Shown here one piece after another: positions 29,375 through 32,000 of a DNA stretch of 32,000 bases (position 1 is the first letter of the stretch; each line of letters opens with the position of its first letter). The notes under the pieces were generated by a model that was given only the letters and a program-made list of their open reading frames with translations, did not search any database and was not told the DNA's origin. Source of the DNA: Candidatus Saccharimonadota bacterium (GTDB lineage: Bacteria; Pseudomonadota; Gammaproteobacteria; Burkholderiales; Burkholderiaceae). The DNA is taken from NCBI RefSeq assembly GCF_964019745.1, contig NZ_OZ026462.1, positions 180,001 through 212,000 on the forward strand. The letters are read 5' to 3'. A program made the position numbers and the translations under genes.

Positions 29375-30652
29375 GTGTATAAATTACCTAGTTATTTAAT
29401 AAATTTTAAAAATAATCCTTGGAAACTTTATTTAAATCAGCTTGATAAGGTGATTTCTTATTTAAAATTTCCTTTTGATTTAATAGAATTTTTAAAGATT
29501 CCTAAAAAAATTTTTATTTTTGATGTTGTAATTAAATTGGATAATGGTACTATTAAACATTTTGAAGGTTATCGTGTACAACATAATGTTTCTAGAGGTC
29601 CTGGAAAAGGAGGTATACGTTTTCATGAAGATCTTACATTGTCAGAAGTAATGGCTTTATCTGCATGGATGAGTATTAAAAATGCTGTAGTTAATATTCC
29701 ATATGGTGGTGCAAAAGGAGGTATTAGAGTAAATATAAAAAAATTTTCTATAGGAGAATTAGAACGTTTAACTAGAAGTTATACTCGTGAAATTATTTCT
29801 TGTATTGGTTCTCGTAAAGATATTCCAGCTCCAGATATTAATACTAATGAACAAATTATGGCATGGATGATGGATGAATATTCTATATATTCTGGTTATA
29901 ATAATTTTGCTGTTGTTACTGGTAAACCATTAAATATTGGAGGAATTTCTGGTCGATTTAAAGCAACAGGTATGGGAATTTTTTTAATAGCTTTAGAATT
30001 AGCAAAAAAAATGAATTTTGATATTAGTAAAAAAAAAATTGCTATTCAAGGTTTTGGAAATGTTGGAGGTGTTGTGGCAGAATTATTTTTTAATATTGGT
30101 TGTAAAATAGTTGCTATACAAGATAATGATATAACTCTTATAAATGAAAAAGGTTTAAATATTAAAAAAATTCAAGAATGTTCTTTAAAAAAAAGAAAAA
30201 TTAAAGGTTTTGTAGAAGCAGATTTAATAAAAGATAGAACTAAATTTTGGTCTGTAAATTGTGATATTTTAATACCAGCTGCGTTAGAAGGGCAAATAAC
30301 AAAATTTAATGCTAATTTAATAAAAGCTAAAATTATTTTAGAAGGTGCTAATGGCCCTACTACTACAGAAGCTGAAGAAATTTTATTAAAAAGAAATGTT
30401 TTAATAATCCCAGATGTTATTGCGAATTCTGGTGGAGTTATAGTTAGTTATTTTGAATGGACTCAAGGTTTATCTGGGATGTTTTTAACAAAAGAAAAAG
30501 TTAATAAATATCTTAAAATAATTATTATTAAATCCTTTTTAAAGGCATGGGATTTTTCAAAAAAAGAAAAAATTTCATTACGTCTTGCTTTATTTATTAT
30601 AGCTTGTAATAGAATTTTAAATAGTATGAAAATTAGAAATTTTAATTTTTAA
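29375..30652 (+). CDS. gdhA: Glutamate dehydrogenase (Glu/Leu/Phe/Val dehydrogenase family, about 420-aa class)
   Basis: Shows GPGKGGIRFH, PYGGAKGGI, APDINTNEQIMAWM and the Rossmann GFGNVGG. The track start is a GTG, so the exact start is uncertain. Confidence 0.9.
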   Translation: MYKLPSYLINFKNNPWKLYLNQLDKVISYLKFPFDLIEFLKIPKKIFIFDVVIKLDNGTIKHFEGYRVQHNVSRGPGKGGIRFHEDLTLSEVMALSAWMSIKNAVVNIPYGGAKGGIRVNIKKFSIGELERLTRSYTREIISCIGSRKDIPAPDINTNEQIMAWMMDEYSIYSGYNNFAVVTGKPLNIGGISGRFKATGMGIFLIALELAKKMNFDISKKKIAIQGFGNVGGVVAELFFNIGCKIVAIQDNDITLINEKGLNIKKIQECSLKKRKIKGFVEADLIKDRTKFWSVNCDILIPAALEGQITKFNANLIKAKIILEGANGPTTTEAEEILLKRNVLIIPDVIANSGGVIVSYFEWTQGLSGMFLTKEKVNKYLKIIIIKSFLKAWDFSKKEKISLRLALFIIACNRILNSMKIRNFNF

Positions 30653-30671
30653 AATAATATTTTTATCTAAA

Positions 30672-30762
30672 TGTGAAGAAGGGGATTTGAACCCCTAAAT
30701 CTTTTAAAAAAATTGATACTAAGTTCTAAGCTTAGTGCGTTTACCTATTTCGCCATCTTCAC
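30672..30762 (-). tRNA. tRNA-Leu (anticodon TAG), type II
   Basis: Folding the reverse complement gives acceptor GTGAAGA/TCTTCAC plus A73, anticodon stem CTAAG/CTTAG, loop CTTAGAA, T arm AGGGG-TTCAAAT-CCCCT and a variable region of about 22 nt. Confidence 0.9.
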
Positions 30763-30779
30763 AAAATTACAAAAATAAA

Positions 30780-30880
30780 AGGAGAGAGAGGGATTTGAAC
30801 CCTCGGTATAGTTTTTTATTAATTTTTTTATATACTCTTGATTTCGAATCAAGTACATTAAGCCTCTCTGTCATCTCTCC
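30780..30880 (-). tRNA. tRNA-Ser (anticodon CGA), type II with a 32-nt variable region
   Basis: Folding the reverse complement gives acceptor GGAGAGA/TCTCTCC, D arm ACA-GAGAGGCTTAA-TGT, anticodon stem CTTGA/TCAAG, loop TTCGAAA, variable arm GTATA-(20 nt A/T loop)-TATAC, and T arm GAGGG-TTCAAAT-CCCTC. The 3' end is uncertain by 1 nt, because the implied discriminator would be U. Confidence 0.85.
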
Positions 30881-30938
30881 TTAATAGGAATTATTTTATA
30901 ATTTTTAATAAATTTAATATGTAAATTAATTAAATTTA

Positions 30939-32000
30939 TTAAATTAAATATTTTTTTAAAATAGGAGGGATAAAAAATTTTTCATTTTCTTCTTGAAAAT
31001 TTTCAAGTAATGCTATTAAAGTTCTACCAATAGCTAACCCAGAACCATTTAATGTATGTACTAATTTTAATTTTCCATTTTTATTTTTAAATTTAGTATT
31101 CATTCTTCTAGCTTGAAATGTTCCACAATTTGATACTGAAGAAATTTCTAAATATTCTTTTTGTGAAGGTAACCATACTTCTATATCATAAGTTTTTTTA
31201 GCGCTAAAACTTAATTCTAAACTACAAAGTTTCATTATTCTATAAGGTAAATCTAATTTATTTAAAATATTTTCAATATGAAAAATCATTTCTTCTAAAG
31301 TAGAATATGATTTTTTTGGATGAGTTATTTGAATTATTTCTACTTTATCGAATTGATGTTGTCTAATAATACCTTTAGTATCTTTTCCATAATTTATTGG
31401 TTCTGATCTAAAACATGGAGAAGATGCAACCATTTTTAATGGTAATTTATTAAAATTTAAAATTTTATTTTTAACTATATTTAATAATGGTACTTCTGAA
31501 GTTGGTATTAAATATAATGATTCTTGATTTTTAAAATATGTTTTTTTTTTTATTTTAAATAATTCATTTTTAAATTTAGGTAATTGACCTGTGGAATATA
31601 AAGAATTTTTATTAACTATATAAGGTATATAATATTCAGTATATCCATGTTCTTTTATATGAGTATCTAACATAAATTGTGAAAGAGCTCTATAAATTTT
31701 TACTATTTTACCTTTCATAACTACAAATTTTGTTCCTGTTATTTTTGTAGCTAATTTAGTATTAATACCTAATTTTAAACCTATTTTTGAATGATTTTTA
31801 ATTTTAAATTTAAATTTTGGAAATTTTTTATTTTTTTTAATTTCTATATTTTTATTATTAATTGGTACTGAATTATGAGGTATATTAGGTATATTTATTA
31901 ATATATTATTAAGTTTTTTTTTTATATTTTGTAAATTTAATTTAAATTTTTTTAAATATTTATTAATAAATATTACTTTTTCTTTTATTGAGTTAATATT
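30939..32000 (-). CDS. serS: Seryl-tRNA synthetase; its 5' end runs off the right edge of the window
   Basis: The track ORF (30939-31718) covers the catalytic domain (RALSQFMLD, TGQLPKF, PTSEVPL, CFRSE, HQFDKVE, NGSGLAIGRTLIALLEN). I translated upstream of Met 31718 in the same frame and found no stop up to position 32000. That stretch reads ...IPNIPHNSVPINNKNIEIKKNKKFPKFKFKIKNHSKIGLKLGINTKLATKITGTKFVVMKGK, which aligns with E. coli SerS residues preceding VMKGQ. The gene is therefore intact and longer than the track ORF. Confidence 0.93.
   Translation of the reverse strand, partial: NINSIKEKVIFINKYLKKFKLNLQNIKKKLNNILINIPNIPHNSVPINNKNIEIKKNKKFPKFKFKIKNHSKIGLKLGINTKLATKITGTKFVVMKGKIVKIYRALSQFMLDTHIKEHGYTEYYIPYIVNKNSLYSTGQLPKFKNELFKIKKKTYFKNQESLYLIPTSEVPLLNIVKNKILNFNKLPLKMVASSPCFRSEPINYGKDTKGIIRQHQFDKVEIIQITHPKKSYSTLEEMIFHIENILNKLDLPYRIMKLCSLELSFSAKKTYDIEVWLPSQKEYLEISSVSNCGTFQARRMNTKFKNKNGKLKLVHTLNGSGLAIGRTLIALLENFQEENEKFFIPPILKKYLI

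Noticed and set aside
30939-31718. serS as a truncated 259-aa gene or pseudogene lacking its N-terminal domain
   Set aside because: The same frame stays open upstream of Met 31718 to the window edge, and that stretch encodes sequence aligning with the SerRS region preceding the catalytic core. The track ORF simply starts at an internal Met.
1-32000. Alternative genetic code (UGA=Trp), as in Zinderia, Nasuia or Hodgkinia-type symbionts
   Set aside because: tRNA-Trp has anticodon CCA rather than UCA, conserved Trp positions are TGG, and all large conserved genes are full length under the standard code.

Overview
This window comes from an extremely AT-rich, highly reduced bacterial genome. By eye, coding DNA is well under 20% GC and the spacers are 2-5% GC. 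It looks like an obligate insect endosymbiont. The order tRNA-Tyr/Gly/Thr-(tuf)-tRNA-Trp-secE-(nusG)-rplKAJL-rpoBC is the Pseudomonas/Oceanospirillales-type layout, so a Carsonella-like gammaproteobacterium is my best guess, held at moderate confidence. The genetic code is standard: tRNA-Trp carries a CCA anticodon and 1390-codon ORFs are uninterrupted.

The content is core housekeeping:
- cyoA, a cyoB-cyoC fusion and cyoD (minus strand)
- uvrD (plus) and dnaE (minus)
- metX, a four-tRNA cluster, secE, rplK-rplA-rplJ-rplL, rpoB and rpoC
- aspS, tyrS, aroC and a glutamate dehydrogenase (all plus)
- tRNA-Leu, tRNA-Ser and serS (minus; serS runs off the right edge)

I found no mobile elements, CRISPR, defence, toxin or secondary-metabolite genes, and I do not claim a novel multi-gene system.

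The points worth a second look are structural:
1. A perfect 69-bp in-frame tandem duplication inside the rifampicin cluster I region of rpoB.
2. About 0.6 kb and 0.9 kb of tandem repeats bracketing the tRNA cluster: a 16-mer x36 with block-wise A/G variants, then a chain of 10-mer, decayed trinucleotide, 6-, 13-, 6- and 7-mer arrays running up to secE.
3. A cyoB-cyoC translational fusion.
4. Loss of tuf and nusG from their conserved slots.
5. A tRNA-Thr with the rare AGU anticodon and a tRNA-Ser(CGA) with an inflated variable arm.
6. A DnaE that ends before the OB-fold and tau-binding domains.
7. Two nearly pure A+T spacers (0.8 and 1.2 kb) in an otherwise tightly packed region.
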